The notes under the pieces are model-generated. The model was given only the letters and a program-made list of their open reading frames with translations, was not told the DNA's origin and made no database searches. From NCBI GenBank assembly GCA_964540635.1, contig CAZINP010000002.1, positions 20,963 to 84,962 of the forward strand: a DNA stretch of 64,000 nucleotides, in the 5' to 3' direction. Origin of the DNA: an uncultured Gammaproteobacteria bacterium. Its GTDB lineage: Bacteria > Patescibacteriota > Patescibacteriia > Buchananbacterales > UBA6539. Positions 28,745-39,167 of the stretch are shown here, piece by piece; position 1 is the stretch's first letter; the number at the start of each line of letters is the position of its first letter. The position numbers were made by a program, and so were the translations under genes.

Positions 28745-31498
28745 ATGGACGCTAATAAGAGCCAAAAATTTGATTTGATAAATTGCCCGAAATGCAATGG
28801 TCTTGGTTATTTTGAGGGTAAAACTTGTCCGGTTTGCTCCGGGTGGCGTTTGGTTGCCGTTTCGGATAATCGTATTTTTGTTTGGGGAAATGAGATAAGT
28901 AATTTTGAGTTTTTGCGGGAAAGAACTCATAGCATAATTGCCGGTTTGGTAAATTTTATTTTTTTAGCTTTTGGTCTTTTTGGAATCATTGTTTTGGGTT
29001 TAAAAATTTATAATTCTGAACAATCGCCACTTTTTTTATGGAATGCGCTCAGTTCCAAAGACGCTTTAATGTTAGTGTTTTGGTTATCACTTCTCGCTGA
29101 TTTATATTTATTTTATAAATTTGAAAGAGACCAGGAGAAAATTAAGTACCTACCTTCGCTAAGAAAAAAATTAAAAAAGAGAATATCGCAGCCACTAAAT
29201 TTTGAAAAAATTAATCAGAGACATATTTTTAAAATTGAGCCTTACTTTTCTTCGGGTGCCAGAAATGTTATCTACCAGGCTTGGTTAAAGGCAAGAAAGT
29301 TCAATAACTTTGAAGTTTTACCTTTGCATCTACTGATTTCACTTCTTAAAACCCGCCAAATTGAAGTTGTTTTTGGAAGATTGGGCACTCCGTTTTCTTC
29401 TTTAAAATCTAGAATAGAAAGCAGTTTGAGCGGATTAATGATCGATAAAAGTAAAACAATATTAAGCGATAAGCTTATTGCTATTATCTATCAATCTTTT
29501 TTCTTTTCTTTAAACAATCGTCAGAAAAAGGTTGAGATCCTAAATCTTTTTGAGGAAATGGCACTTCAGGAAAATGAAGTTAAAACGATTTTTTACGATT
29601 TAGATATTACTGAGGAAAAATCAAAAAATATTGTTGCCTGGATAAGGGTTAATGATATTTTACGCGATCGTTGGCACCACTTTCGCCAACGGGCAATTTT
29701 AAGGCCGAAATCAGGTTTAAATCGTTCAATGACGGCTATTGCTACACCAACCCTAAATGCTTTTGCCCAGGATTTAACGATGTTGGCTCAGTTTGGCTAC
29801 TTGATGCCGTGCATTGGCCGAGAAAAAGAATTCGAAACGATTTTTAGCGTGCTTAGCGGCGGACCAAGGCGTAGCGTGCTTTTAGTTGGCAACCCTGGTG
29901 TCGGCAAAAATACAATCATTGAGGGTTTAGCCCAAAAAATGGTTGAAGAAGATGTACCGGAATTTTTGCAAGATAAACGTTTGGTGAGTTTGAGTATTGC
30001 CAAGGTGGTTAGCGGTGTGGATCCGTCCGTTGCTCAAGGTAGACTTTTAATGATTTTGAATGAAATTAGGCGCTCCGGTAATATAATTCTTTATATTAGT
30101 GAAATTCAAAATTTAGTCGGAATAACCTCGGGAATGCAGGGGAGCATGGATTTAAGTGATGTTTTAGCTCAATTTTTAAGTAACAATACTGTTCTTTGCC
30201 TAGCCTCAACCTTGCCCGGAGATTATAAGCGCTATATTGAAGATAAAACTTCAGTGGATAATGTTTTTGAAAAACTGGAAATTAATGAGACGTCCGGCGA
30301 TGAAGCAATTCAAATCTTAGAAGCTAAGGTTGGTTCAATTGAGTATAAGGAAAATATTTTCTTTTCCTATGATGCAATTGCCAGCACCGTTGAATTTTCA
30401 AGCCGATATTTACACGATAGATATTTGCCGGAAAAGGCAATTCAGATTTTGCAAGAAGTCGCAAATTTAGTTCATGCCCAAAAAGGAAAAAATGCTCTTG
30501 TAACCGGGAATGACGTCGCTCAGTTAATCTCAGAAAAAACTAATATTCCTTTAACTGAAATTACGGCCGAGGAATCACAAAAATTGTTAAATTTAGAAGA
30601 TCAGATTCACCAAAGAATGATTGACCAAGAAGAAGCGGTTAAGATGGTTTCTGACAGCTTAAGGCGAGCCAGGGCGGAGATGAGAGATATTAAGCGTCCA
30701 ATTTCCAATTTTCTTTTTCTCGGTCCTACTGGCGTTGGTAAAACCGAATTGGCAAAATCTGTTGCGGAAGTGTATTTTGGCTCGGAGAAAAATATGGTTC
30801 GCTTGGATATGTCAGAATATCAAGAAAAAACCTCGATTAATCGTTTAATTGGTGCGCCAGCTGGTTATTCGGGCAGTGAAACCGGGGGATTCTTAACTGA
30901 AGCAATCAGAAAAAATCCATTTTCATTAATTTTACTTGATGAAATTGAAAAGGCACATCCGGATATTTTGAATTTATTTTTACAGGTGATGGATGATGGA
31001 CGCCTAACCGATTCCAATGGCAAAACAATAGATTTTACCAACGCGATATTGATTGCAACCTCAAATGCCGGAACTAAATTGATCCAGCAAAGAGTTCGTG
31101 AAAACATTTCTGTAATTAAAATTAAAGAAGAGTTGGTTGCTGGTGAATTGTTAAATTATTTTAGGCCTGAATTTTTAAATCGTTTTGACGGCATTATTGT
31201 GTTTAAGCCCCTGGCTCTTGAAGACGTGAAAGCCATTGCTAAATTGATGATAAATAAAGTGGCCAAAGATTTAGACGAAAAAGGAATTGGTTTGGTGGCA
31301 ACCGAAGAGGGCATTGAGTCCTTGGCTCAATTGGGCTATGACCCGGAATTTGGCGCCAGACCCCTAAGACGAGTTATTCAAGAAAAGATTCAAGATGAAT
31401 TGGCAAATTTAATTATCTCAAAGTCATTAAACAGACGCGATGTTGTCACCATTGGTTTAGGCGCTGTTTTATCGGTTAATAAGGCAAGTAAAATTTGA
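28745..31498 (+). CDS. Membrane-anchored Clp/Hsp100 AAA+ ATPase with N-terminal Zn finger
   Basis: CPKCNGLG..CPVCSG, two TM helices, Clp-N-like region, [32 protein letters not shown]. Confidence 0.85.
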   Translation: MDANKSQKFDLINCPKCNGLGYFEGKTCPVCSGWRLVAVSDNRIFVWGNEISNFEFLRERTHSIIAGLVNFIFLAFGLFGIIVLGLKIYNSEQSPLFLWNALSSKDALMLVFWLSLLADLYLFYKFERDQEKIKYLPSLRKKLKKRISQPLNFEKINQRHIFKIEPYFSSGARNVIYQAWLKARKFNNFEVLPLHLLISLLKTRQIEVVFGRLGTPFSSLKSRIESSLSGLMIDKSKTILSDKLIAIIYQSFFFSLNNRQKKVEILNLFEEMALQENEVKTIFYDLDITEEKSKNIVAWIRVNDILRDRWHHFRQRAILRPKSGLNRSMTAIATPTLNAFAQDLTMLAQFGYLMPCIGREKEFETIFSVLSGGPRRSVLLVGNPGVGKNTIIEGLAQKMVEEDVPEFLQDKRLVSLSIAKVVSGVDPSVAQGRLLMILNEIRRSGNIILYISEIQNLVGITSGMQGSMDLSDVLAQFLSNNTVLCLASTLPGDYKRYIEDKTSVDNVFEKLEINETSGDEAIQILEAKVGSIEYKENIFFSYDAIASTVEFSSRYLHDRYLPEKAIQILQEVANLVHAQKGKNALVTGNDVAQLISEKTNIPLTEITAEESQKLLNLEDQIHQRMIDQEEAVKMVSDSLRRARAEMRDIKRPISNFLFLGPTGVGKTELAKSVAEVYFGSEKNMVRLDMSEYQEKTSINRLIGAPAGYSGSETGGFLTEAIRKNPFSLILLDEIEKAHPDILNLFLQVMDDGRLTDSNGKTIDFTNAILIATSNAGTKLIQQRVRENISVIKIKEELVAGELLNYFRPEFLNRFDGIIVFKPLALEDVKAIAKLMINKVAKDLDEKGIGLVATEEGIESLAQLGYDPEFGARPLRRVIQEKIQDELANLIISKSLNRRDVVTIGLGAVLSVNKASKI

Positions 31499-32541
31499 TG
31501 AAATATTTAATCCCATTTATTGTTTCCCTGGCTTTTTCTTTAATTCTAACGCCCATAGTAAAAAATATAGCTATGAAGTTGGGTGTTGTGGATATGCCGG
31601 GTGAAAGAAAAATACATAAAACCCCCATACCCCTAAGCGGCGGCTTAGCGGTATTTTTATCATTTTCGCTTTCGGTTATAATTTTTTGGCTTTTTGCCTC
31701 TTTAACTGATGCCAAAGTTAATGACTATTATATTTTATTAATATTAATCTCCGGACTCATTCTTATTATTGGCGGGTTATTGGATGATATTTTCAATTTA
31801 AAGCCGTGGCAGCAACTTTTTTTTCCAATATTGGCAATAATCATTGTTTTGCTTTCCGGCATAAGAATTAATTTCGTTACTAATCCATTGGGCGGGTATA
31901 TTCAGTTCCCGGTTTTTGTCGGAACGATTATTGCGTTTTTCTGGATCTTGGGAATGATTTACACGACAAAATTTTTAGACGGATTAGACGGCCTTGTCAG
32001 CGGCGTTACCGTCATTGGATCTCTTATTATTTTTGCATTAAGTCTTTCGTGGGATATAAGCGATTCAGCCACATCATATTTAAGTTTGATTTTAGCCGGT
32101 TCTTGTTTGGGATTTTTATTTTACAATTTTAACCCGGCCAAAATATTTTTAGGCGAAGGGGGGAGTGTATTTTGCGGTTTTATGCTTGGCTTATTGGCGA
32201 TTATTTCCGGATCAAAAATAGCCACGGCTTTATTAATAATGGGTATTCCAATTTTAGATGTAATCTGGGTGATTGCCAGAAGAATAATACAAAGAAAATC
32301 TCCGGCCTCGGCTGATCGCAAGCACCTCCATTTTCGGCTTTTGGATATTGGCTTAAGTCATAAACAAGCCGTGGTGTTTCTTTATTTGATTACCGCTGCT
32401 TTTGGTTTAACTTCATTATTTTTAAAATCAAAAGGAAAATTAATCGCCCTGGTGGTTTTGATTTTTTTTATGTTACTCTTGGCCGCCAGCTTGGTTTTTG
32501 CCTATAAACGAAAACAAAAAAATGAAAACACCGGAATTTAA
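31498..32541 (+). CDS. MraY/WecA/TagO-family polyprenyl-phosphate GlcNAc-1-P transferase
   Basis: RKIH..P.PLSGG, GLLDD, DGLDGL, NFNPAKIFLGEGG, HLHFRL. Confidence 0.9.
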   Translation: MKYLIPFIVSLAFSLILTPIVKNIAMKLGVVDMPGERKIHKTPIPLSGGLAVFLSFSLSVIIFWLFASLTDAKVNDYYILLILISGLILIIGGLLDDIFNLKPWQQLFFPILAIIIVLLSGIRINFVTNPLGGYIQFPVFVGTIIAFFWILGMIYTTKFLDGLDGLVSGVTVIGSLIIFALSLSWDISDSATSYLSLILAGSCLGFLFYNFNPAKIFLGEGGSVFCGFMLGLLAIISGSKIATALLIMGIPILDVIWVIARRIIQRKSPASADRKHLHFRLLDIGLSHKQAVVFLYLITAAFGLTSLFLKSKGKLIALVVLIFFMLLLAASLVFAYKRKQKNENTGI

Positions 32542-34015
32542 ATCATATAAACTTGATTTTATTGTTTTAATCTCCGGCATCTCGGTTATGGTTCTTGAGT
32601 TGGTTGGCGCCAGAATTCTAGCGCCTTATGTTGGTACTTCAATGTTTGTTTGGGCCTCACTGATTGGCGTTGTTTTAGGCTCACTAACAATTGGCTATTA
32701 TTTAGGCGGCTATTTTTCTGAAAAAAATCCAAATTTGAATTTTCTTTCAAATATTTTATTGATTTCCGGTGTTGTAATTTTACTTCTTTGTTTTTTGAAA
32801 GACGATTTAATGAAGTTATCATTGTACTTTGGCGTTAAGAGCGGATCAATATTTTCTTCATTAATTTTATTTTCTGCACCAAGCATACTTTTAGGCATGG
32901 TCTCTCCCTATGCCATACGCTTAAAAATCATCGATGTTCATAGTTCCGGCGAGGTTGCCGGCAAACTTTATGCCTTATCAACCATCGGCAGTATTATTGG
33001 TACATTTTTGGCCGGTTTTTATCTTATCCCGACATTTGGCAGTTCGCAAATAATGTTTGGCATTGCCGGCACATTAATAATTTCGGCCTTGGCCGTTAAT
33101 TTCAATTTTTTAAAAATACTTATTTTTATTGTTTTTCTTGGGTCATCTTTTTTTGTTTTTGACAGCAACGATAATTTGATAATTTACGAAACAGATAGCG
33201 AGTATAACCATATCAGAGTCGCTGATTATATTGATCAGGATAATAGGCCAACGAGAATTTTGTATTTGGCAACCGAGGCTCACTCGGCTATTTATCGTGA
33301 TTCAGATGAGTTGTTTCCGGGTTACTTTCAATACTACCAACTTGATGAAATTTTCAAACCAGAAATCAAAACGGCACTTAATATTGGTGGTGGGGCTTAC
33401 GTTGGTCCAATTAACTTTTTAAAAAGATTTCCCGAAGCTAAAATTACGGTTGTTGAAATTGATCCAAAGGTAACCGAAGTTGCTAAAAAATATTTTAACT
33501 TAGAAGAAAACCCGCGTTTAAATATTGTTCATGCCGACGGCAGAATATTTTTAAATAACAATAAAGAAAAATTTGATGTGATTTATGGCGATGCTTTCGG
33601 TTCTTATTATTCCGTGCCTTTTCAGCTCACCACAAAAGAAGCAATGCAAAAAATATACAATTCTTTAAATGACGATGGTATTTTTTTGATGAATATAATT
33701 TCGTCAATTGCCGGCGATGGCTCTATTTTTTTTCAATCAGAATTTAAAACTTTATCCGAAATTTTTCCCCAGCTTTATGTTTTTCCCGTCAAATATCACG
33801 AAAAAGATGATATCAATAAACATCAAAACATAATTCTTGTGGCAACAAAAAGTTCGTTTAGATTAAGCCTTGAAGAGATGAAATCAAGAGCAAACGAAAA
33901 GCAAAAAGATCTTGTAAAAAGCTATTGGAGTGATGGAATTAATCTTGATCAAAACATTGAAGTACTAACTGATAATTTTGCTCCTGTCGATTATTACATC
34001 TCAAAAATATTATAA
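32522..34015 (+). CDS. Fused membrane domain / spermidine synthase-like SAM-dependent transferase
   Basis: N-terminal TMs (MVLEL.GAR..P..G.S); IGGGAY, VVEIDP, ADGR, LTDNFAPVD. Confidence 0.85.
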   Translation: MKTPEFKSYKLDFIVLISGISVMVLELVGARILAPYVGTSMFVWASLIGVVLGSLTIGYYLGGYFSEKNPNLNFLSNILLISGVVILLLCFLKDDLMKLSLYFGVKSGSIFSSLILFSAPSILLGMVSPYAIRLKIIDVHSSGEVAGKLYALSTIGSIIGTFLAGFYLIPTFGSSQIMFGIAGTLIISALAVNFNFLKILIFIVFLGSSFFVFDSNDNLIIYETDSEYNHIRVADYIDQDNRPTRILYLATEAHSAIYRDSDELFPGYFQYYQLDEIFKPEIKTALNIGGGAYVGPINFLKRFPEAKITVVEIDPKVTEVAKKYFNLEENPRLNIVHADGRIFLNNNKEKFDVIYGDAFGSYYSVPFQLTTKEAMQKIYNSLNDDGIFLMNIISSIAGDGSIFFQSEFKTLSEIFPQLYVFPVKYHEKDDINKHQNIILVATKSSFRLSLEEMKSRANEKQKDLVKSYWSDGINLDQNIEVLTDNFAPVDYYISKIL

Positions 34016-34072
34016 TAAAAAAATCGCTAATTTTAAATGTTTTTTAATAAATATTTACTAAATTATTTATTC

Positions 34073-34101
34073 TTGACTTTTTGGATAAAATTGGTTATAC
34101 T
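34073..34101 (+). promoter_or_regulatory. Sigma70 promoter of rplU
   Basis: TTGACT-N17-TATACT. Confidence 0.7.
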
Positions 34102-34132
34102 ACCTAAATCTAAATAATATTTAGCTTATTTT

Positions 34133-34438
34133 ATGTCATTATCAGTAATCAAAACCGGCGGGAAGCAATATGTTGTTTTGCCCGGACAGAAACTAAAGAT
34201 TGAAAAATTATCTTCAAAAACCGGCGATAGCGTTTCATTTGAAACTCTTTTGAGCGCCGATGTCGACGGTAAAGATGTCAAAATCGGTAAACCATTTTTG
34301 AGCGGCAAAGTTGAAGCCAAAGTTACCGGCGAAGGTAAGGCCAAAAAAGTTTTGGTTGTAAAATACAAACCAAAAACACGCTATAAAAAGCGCGTTGGTC
34401 ATCGTCAGCCATTCAGCCAAATTGAAATTTCAAAATAG
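34133..34438 (+). CDS. rplU: 50S ribosomal protein L21
   Basis: VIKTGGKQY, GHRQPF. Confidence 0.97.
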   Translation: MSLSVIKTGGKQYVVLPGQKLKIEKLSSKTGDSVSFETLLSADVDGKDVKIGKPFLSGKVEAKVTGEGKAKKVLVVKYKPKTRYKKRVGHRQPFSQIEISK

Positions 34439-34445
34439 TTGCAAT

Positions 34446-34476
34446 AAAAATCACCCCGTCAAACGGGGTGATTTTT
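34446..34476. terminator. Bidirectional terminator between rplU and recR
   Basis: AAAAATCACCCCG-TCAAA-CGGGGTGATTTTT. Confidence 0.85.
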
Positions 34477-35075
34477 TATAACTCTCTTCGGCCTTTTAAG
34501 GCGTTTGTAAGGGTTATTTCATCGGCGTATTCTAAGTCGCTGCCGGTTGGCAATCCTTGAGCTAAACGGCTGACTTTTAATTGAGGGAATTGTTTTAAAA
34601 ATTTGAGAAGGTAAAGAATAGTCGTTTCGCCCGGTAAATCGGAATTCATTGCCAAGATTACTTCTTTAACATTTTCTTGTTTTATGCGCTGACCAAGTTC
34701 ACGAATTTTTAATTTTTCCGGGGTAATGCCTTCCAAGGCATCAATAACACCGCCCAAAACATGATAAGTGCCGTTGTATTCGCCGGTTTTTTCCAGGGCA
34801 TACAGGTCTTGTGGTTTTTCCACAATACAAATTGTTGTCTGACTTCTTTTTTTATCGCCGCAGATTTCACACGGGTTTGATTCGGCAAAATTATAACATT
34901 TTTGGCAAACCGTAATTTTGTCCTTAATGTGCTCAAGCGCCTCGCCAAATTGGGCTAAATCTGATTTTTGCTTTTTTAATAAATAATAAACCAACCTTTC
35001 TGCCGTTTTTGGACCGATGCCGGGCAGAGCAGAGAACTGATCTATTAAATTTTTTATTGAGGGAGGAAAAGCCAT
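34476..35075 (-). CDS. recR: Recombination mediator RecR
   Basis: LPGIGPKTAERL, C4 zinc finger, YHVLGG, LEYADE. Confidence 0.96.
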   Translation of the reverse strand: MAFPPSIKNLIDQFSALPGIGPKTAERLVYYLLKKQKSDLAQFGEALEHIKDKITVCQKCYNFAESNPCEICGDKKRSQTTICIVEKPQDLYALEKTGEYNGTYHVLGGVIDALEGITPEKLKIRELGQRIKQENVKEVILAMNSDLPGETTILYLLKFLKQFPQLKVSRLAQGLPTGSDLEYADEITLTNALKGRREL

Positions 35076-35078
35076 ATT

Positions 35079-36467
35079 TTAAAATGGAATATCTTTGCCG
35101 GCTTCGTCGTATGAAAGTTTTCCTTCAAGATTGCGAAAAGTTACGTTTTTGGCGTCAAAGAAAAGTTTTACTTTACCGGTTGGGCCGTTTCTGTGCTTGG
35201 CAATATGGATTTCGGCCGTATTGGCTTTTTCCGGCGGTAAATCTTGATGATACATTGCTTCGCGATAAATAAATAAAACCACGTCAGCATCTTGCTCAAT
35301 TGAACCGGATTCGCGCAAATCGGCCAAACGGGGGATATGAGTGTCTCGGCTTTCAACCGAACGAGAAAGCTGAGACAGGGCAATTACCGGAACATTTAAC
35401 TCACGCGCAATCGCTTTTAAATTTCTTGAAATTTCGGAAACTTCTTGGACACGGTTTTCTTTTGATCGACCTTCCATTAACTGCAAGTAGTCTATAACAA
35501 TCAAACCTAAACCGTGCTCTGACTGCAAGCGTCTGGCCTTAGTTCTGATTTCCATGATATTGGCATTGGCCGAATCATCAATAAAAATTCGGGCTTCTGA
35601 GAGTTTTGCCATTGCGTGATTAATTCGGGTAAAATCGTCATCCTCGCCGCTATCATTTAATTTTCCGGTTCTCATTTTCCAAAGATCAACTCCAGCCTCA
35701 GAGCATAATAATCTATCAACCAATTGCTCTTTTGACATTTCCAAAGAAAATATCCCGACCGTTTCCTTGCCCTTGATGGCTACATTTCGGGCAATATCAA
35801 GAGCAAAAGTTGTTTTACCGGCCGAAGGGCGAGCAGCAAGAATAATTAAATCCGATCTTTGTAATCCGGCCAGAACGTTATCCAAATCATTATAATAGGT
35901 TGGGATGCCTCTTAATTTTCCTGAACCGCGATGAAGTTCGTCAATTCTGTCAAATGCTTCAGTTAAAACATCATTGATTGAGATAAATGATCTTTTTAAA
36001 AATTTCTGCGAAACGCCAAATAATTTTTGTTCCGCCTGATCTAATAAAGTTTCTATTTCTAAATTTTGATCATATCCGAGTTCAGAAATTTCAGCGGACG
36101 CTTGCAAAAGACGCCTTAAGGTTGATTTACTTTGAACGACTTTGGCGTAGTGAACAATATGGCTTGAAGTTGGCACTAAATTGGCAAGAGATGTTAAATA
36201 TGATCTACCGCCCACAACTTCAAGTTTGCCCATTGAATCAAGCTTGGCGCTGACCGAAATCAAATCAATCGGCTCACGCTTTTCATAAAGCCCTTTCATG
36301 GCTTCGTAGATAAATCTATGGATTTCCTTATAAAAATCTTCGGGGGTAATTAAATCAGCCACTTTGAGCATGCCATCCTTGTCTAAAAGTAAGGCGCCAA
36401 GCAAGCTTTGTTCGGTTTCGATGTTCTGGGGTGGAATTTTTTCAAAATTGTCGTTGTTTTGATTCAT
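35079..36467 (-). CDS. dnaB: Replicative DNA helicase DnaB
   Basis: PPQN, ARPSAGKT, FSLEMS, IDYLQL, LSQLSR, LRESGSIEQDAD, AKHRNGPTG. Confidence 0.97.
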   Translation of the reverse strand: MNQNNDNFEKIPPQNIETEQSLLGALLLDKDGMLKVADLITPEDFYKEIHRFIYEAMKGLYEKREPIDLISVSAKLDSMGKLEVVGGRSYLTSLANLVPTSSHIVHYAKVVQSKSTLRRLLQASAEISELGYDQNLEIETLLDQAEQKLFGVSQKFLKRSFISINDVLTEAFDRIDELHRGSGKLRGIPTYYNDLDNVLAGLQRSDLIILAARPSAGKTTFALDIARNVAIKGKETVGIFSLEMSKEQLVDRLLCSEAGVDLWKMRTGKLNDSGEDDDFTRINHAMAKLSEARIFIDDSANANIMEIRTKARRLQSEHGLGLIVIDYLQLMEGRSKENRVQEVSEISRNLKAIARELNVPVIALSQLSRSVESRDTHIPRLADLRESGSIEQDADVVLFIYREAMYHQDLPPEKANTAEIHIAKHRNGPTGKVKLFFDAKNVTFRNLEGKLSYDEAGKDIPF

Positions 36468-36662
36468 ATTTTTTCTTATAGCAACTATATTTTACATTTA
36501 ATCGGGCCAAGATTCAAGGGTGTTTTATAGCACATTTTATCCACTATTTATTCATAAGAAGGGTTGTTTATATTACAAAAATATAAATATTCAAACAAAA
36601 TCCATCAACACTTGCAAAAAAATCTTTTTTTTGGTATTATATTTTTTGTTAAGAATATTTAT

Positions 36663-36738
36663 GGGTCGTTAGCTCAGTTGGTAGAGCAGCAGCCTTTTAA
36701 GCTGATGGTCGCAGGTTCGATCCCTGCACGACCCACCA
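36663..36738 (+). tRNA. tRNA-Lys (UUU)
   Basis: GGGTCGT acceptor stem, loop CTTTTAA, GGTTCGAT T-loop, encoded CCA. Confidence 0.96.
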
Positions 36739-36804
36739 AAAGTCCGTCTGTTATTTCAGGCGGTTTTTTGATATAATAAGAATATAAAAAATAAATAAAA
36801 AAAT

Positions 36805-37539
36805 ATGACCCTAGAAAACAAAGTCGCTATTGTAACCGGCGCGGGCCAGGGGATTGGCCGAGGTATTGCTGAGGCTTTAGCTAAAGAAAAATGTTCGGTG
36901 GTTGTTGCTGATTTAAATATTAAAAACTGCAAAGCCGTTGCCGCTGAATTAGAAAAATATAATGTAAAATCGTTGGCAATAAAATGTGATGTTTCCAAAA
37001 AAGTTGAAGTGCAAAATCTTTTTAAACAAACGATTTCTAAGTTTGGTAAGGTTGATATTTTAGTTAACAATGCCGGCATCTTTCCCTTTGTTGCTTTTGA
37101 AAAAATGACCGAGGGTGATTGGGACAAAGTAATTAACGTCAACCTTAAGAGTATTTTTTTCACTTGCTCGCAAGCGGCCAAAGTTTTACCTGCTGGCGGC
37201 AGAATTGTTAATATTTCTTCAATCGCCGCTTTCGTTGGTTTTGCCGGTTTGACACATTATTGCGCTTCAAAAGGAGCAATTACCGGAATGATTAGAGCAC
37301 TGGCTTTGGAAATGGCACCTAAACAGATTACAGTCAATGCCGTTGCGCCCGGGGCAATTGAAACTCCCGGAGCAGCTCAGCCCGATGAAATGAAAAAACA
37401 AACTGTCAGCACAATTCCGTTGGCAAGAATGGGTAATCCGGAAGACATTGCCAATGCCGTAGTCTTTTTGGCTTCTGAAAAAGCAAGTTATATTACCGGT
37501 CAAACCATTATTGTTGACGGCGGGTGGACGCTAAAATAA
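36805..37539 (+). CDS. SDR family NAD(P)-dependent oxidoreductase (FabG-like)
   Basis: TGAGQGIG, NNAG, YCASK, VDGG. Confidence 0.92.
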   Translation: MTLENKVAIVTGAGQGIGRGIAEALAKEKCSVVVADLNIKNCKAVAAELEKYNVKSLAIKCDVSKKVEVQNLFKQTISKFGKVDILVNNAGIFPFVAFEKMTEGDWDKVINVNLKSIFFTCSQAAKVLPAGGRIVNISSIAAFVGFAGLTHYCASKGAITGMIRALALEMAPKQITVNAVAPGAIETPGAAQPDEMKKQTVSTIPLARMGNPEDIANAVVFLASEKASYITGQTIIVDGGWTLK

Positions 37540-37541
37540 AC

Positions 37542-37631
37542 ATGGTCAGCCTTTTTGTTTTAGTTGCAATTTTATTACTAGTACTTTTTCTTATCTTTAT
37601 GGCAATTGTTGCCGCAAAAGATGATTCTTGA
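37542..37631 (+). CDS. Putative 29-aa single-TM small protein
   Basis: MVSLFVLVAILLLVLFLIFMAIVAAKDDS fills the gap between flanking co-oriented genes. Confidence 0.45.
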   Translation: MVSLFVLVAILLLVLFLIFMAIVAAKDDS

Positions 37632-37640
37632 GATTTGCTT

Positions 37641-38846
37641 ATGTATAAAAAAATAATTTGTTTAGTTTTAGTATCATTTATTTTCGTCGGCGCAGCTAAC
37701 GCGGCTTCTTTGCCCTTGGCTAAACGTTTTTCCGGTCGCTTTCTGCTCCAAACCGAACTCTATGGTCGCATTTGGTATGTTAACCCAAATGATAGTCAAA
37801 GATATTACATAAATAAAGGCGCAGAGGGTTATAGGACGCTGCTTGATTTATCACTTAATATTTCCGAAAAAGATTTGTCTAAAATTCCGGAAAATAAAAA
37901 TCAAAGAGGCGATACAAAATTAGTTTCTCGTTTAAGTGGAATGCTTTTGTATTTAGAATCAAAAAACGAACTTTGGTATCTAAGTCCGGTTACAAAATTA
38001 AAATATTTAATCAATCAAGATGACCCAACGACATCTCTTCGGACATTGGTTTGCGGTATAAATAATAAAAATTTAGGGCAAATACCGATGAATAGCACGC
38101 AAATTGCTTTTGACGGCACATTTACCGGCGTTGCTCATGTAAAATTTGACGGGGAAAAATTTAGCAATGAATACTATGCGGATAAAATCTTACCCCCAGC
38201 CTCAATGACGAAATTAATGACAGCTTTAATTTTAACTGATTTAAAATTTGACTTTAATCAACTAATCCAGATTACTCAAGAAGAAATTGAATATCCGATT
38301 TATTACGCCGGAGATGATAAAACAAGTGAGATTGATTTAGCGGCCGGCGATTGGGTATCAGGCAAAGATTTGTTTGTCGCACTTTTAGTGGCATCTTCAA
38401 ATCAATCGGCGGCAATTCTAGCAGACGCTACCGGTTTAAGCCGGGAGGAATTTGTTGGTTTGATGAATAAGAAAGCACAAGAACTTGGACTAAAAAAAAC
38501 AATTTTTCACGATGTTTCCGGCCTTGATTCGCATAATTTAACCACACCAAAAGAAATGGCCTTAATTGCTCAAGCGGCTTTTTCCAAACCAGAGATCGCA
38601 AATACTTCGATTATTCGCCAGTACACCATTTCAGCGCAAGATAAAGATCTTAGACTCAAAAATATAGACGTTGCGAACAGAAATTATAGCCTTTTAGATT
38701 TTAATCCGGATGGTGTTAAAACCGGTTTTTTGGTTGAAGCCCAAAGAACGGCGGTTATAAAAAAGGGGGACGATATTTTAGTTGTAATGCATGCCAACAG
38801 TATGAATGAAAGAAATAAAATTTTTAACAATTTATTAAAAAATTAA
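37641..38846 (+). CDS. Peptidase S11 D-Ala-D-Ala carboxypeptidase with extra N-terminal domain
   Basis: SMTK, SSN, KTG motifs; N-terminal LLQ.E..GRIWYVNP...RYY repeats. Confidence 0.85.
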   Translation: MYKKIICLVLVSFIFVGAANAASLPLAKRFSGRFLLQTELYGRIWYVNPNDSQRYYINKGAEGYRTLLDLSLNISEKDLSKIPENKNQRGDTKLVSRLSGMLLYLESKNELWYLSPVTKLKYLINQDDPTTSLRTLVCGINNKNLGQIPMNSTQIAFDGTFTGVAHVKFDGEKFSNEYYADKILPPASMTKLMTALILTDLKFDFNQLIQITQEEIEYPIYYAGDDKTSEIDLAAGDWVSGKDLFVALLVASSNQSAAILADATGLSREEFVGLMNKKAQELGLKKTIFHDVSGLDSHNLTTPKEMALIAQAAFSKPEIANTSIIRQYTISAQDKDLRLKNIDVANRNYSLLDFNPDGVKTGFLVEAQRTAVIKKGDDILVVMHANSMNERNKIFNNLLKN

Positions 38847-38848
38847 CT

Positions 38849-39160
38849 ATGGAAACCAGAGAAATTAAATTTAAAACAACCGGCGAAAACAACCCAAACA
38901 CCCCAAAAAATAAAGAAAAACTGCAGGAACTGCACGCCATCTTTAATCAAGTTTTTAATATTGATACTTCCGAGCAGTTTGCCGACCTAGCCGATGAATT
39001 AAAGGAAAAATATCCTGACTATAAAACCTATCGGTTATATCATCTTCTTGCCGGCAGTACGGTTGACAGTGGATTTGGCGATGTTGACAAATTTGATTTT
39101 CCCGATAATGAAGTTGAGAATTTTTTATTAAAAATGCGCAATTCAATATCCCAAAATTAA
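38849..39160 (+). CDS. Hypothetical protein
   Basis: 103-aa ORF tightly packed between neighbours; no recognised motif. Confidence 0.55.
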   Translation: METREIKFKTTGENNPNTPKNKEKLQELHAIFNQVFNIDTSEQFADLADELKEKYPDYKTYRLYHLLAGSTVDSGFGDVDKFDFPDNEVENFLLKMRNSISQN

Positions 39161-39167
39161 AAAAAAT

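Noticed and set aside
36480-36660. Possible oriC upstream of dnaB (TTATCCACT)
   Set aside because: Single imperfect DnaA box; the region is explained by divergent promoters.
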